Position numbers and translations under genes: made by a program
Source of the DNA: Patescibacteria group bacterium
GTDB lineage: Bacteria; Patescibacteriota; Microgenomatia; UBA1400; PJMF01
Direction: 5' to 3'
DNA: 46,440 bases
NCBI GenBank assembly: GCA_018816385.1
Contig: JAHIVK010000041.1
Coordinates: 1-46,440, forward strand
Shown: positions 46,301 to 46,440 of the stretch, in pieces
How positions within the stretch are numbered: position 1 is the first letter of the stretch
How the letters are laid out: each line of letters opens with the position of its first letter
Notes under the pieces: model-generated
The model's database searches: none
What the model was told of the DNA's origin: nothing
Seen by the model: only the letters and a program-made list of their open reading frames with translations

Positions 46301-46440
46301 TAGACTTGTCGCGAAATAAGAAATGAGTTAATTATGGATAGATTTTATAGCATTTTCGTTGATTCTGATGACGATAGTAGCCAATGCTGGTTGAGGAAGA
46401 ACCAGCAAAGAAAATGCATAAAAGATGCCATAAGTAGCCA
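46301..46440 (+). repeat. Family A element, copy truncated by the window edge
   Basis: 46301-46438 is the exact reverse complement of 1-138. Confidence 0.95.

Noticed and set aside
46360..46405. CTGATGA in the element core as a hammerhead ribozyme
   Set aside because: No GAAA closing a proper stem II, and the 7570 copy has TAGATGA; an Rfam search would settle it

Overview
Chromosomal segment that reads like a Patescibacteria/CPR (probably Microgenomates) genome; the taxonomy is inferred from gene content. Left part (0.2-13 kb): housekeeping genes (MFS transporter, pth, GT2 glycosyltransferase, ATP-dependent DNA ligase, nnrD, recF, SpoIID-like lytic enzyme) interleaved with AbiE-type, Fic, VapBC-type and RelE/HigBA-type modules. 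Two of the toxins look decayed. Middle (13.4-43 kb): a CPR-type T4SS-like locus with a tandem array of 11 VirB2/TrbC-like pilin genes, a large secreted glycoside-hydrolase protein followed by a 5'-truncated paralogous 'orphan' C-terminal module carrying a lysozyme-like domain, a degenerate DHH protein, a VirB6-like protein, a 1534-aa glycine-zipper/M23 protein, PrgI, a VirB4-associated protein and VirB4. Right end: dnaA, oriC (DnaA boxes plus DnaA-trios) and dnaN. Intergenic DNA is dominated by two non-coding families. Family A is a palindromic MITE/RPE-like element bounded by TAGACTT...AAGTCTA; its arms co-vary copy by copy, its isolated ends punctuate the pilin array and supply start codons, and identical inverted copies form both ends of the window. 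Family B comprises dRS3/REP-like GTCAT..GGATCCA hairpins. No rRNA, tRNA, CRISPR array, transposase, integrase or relaxase was recognised.
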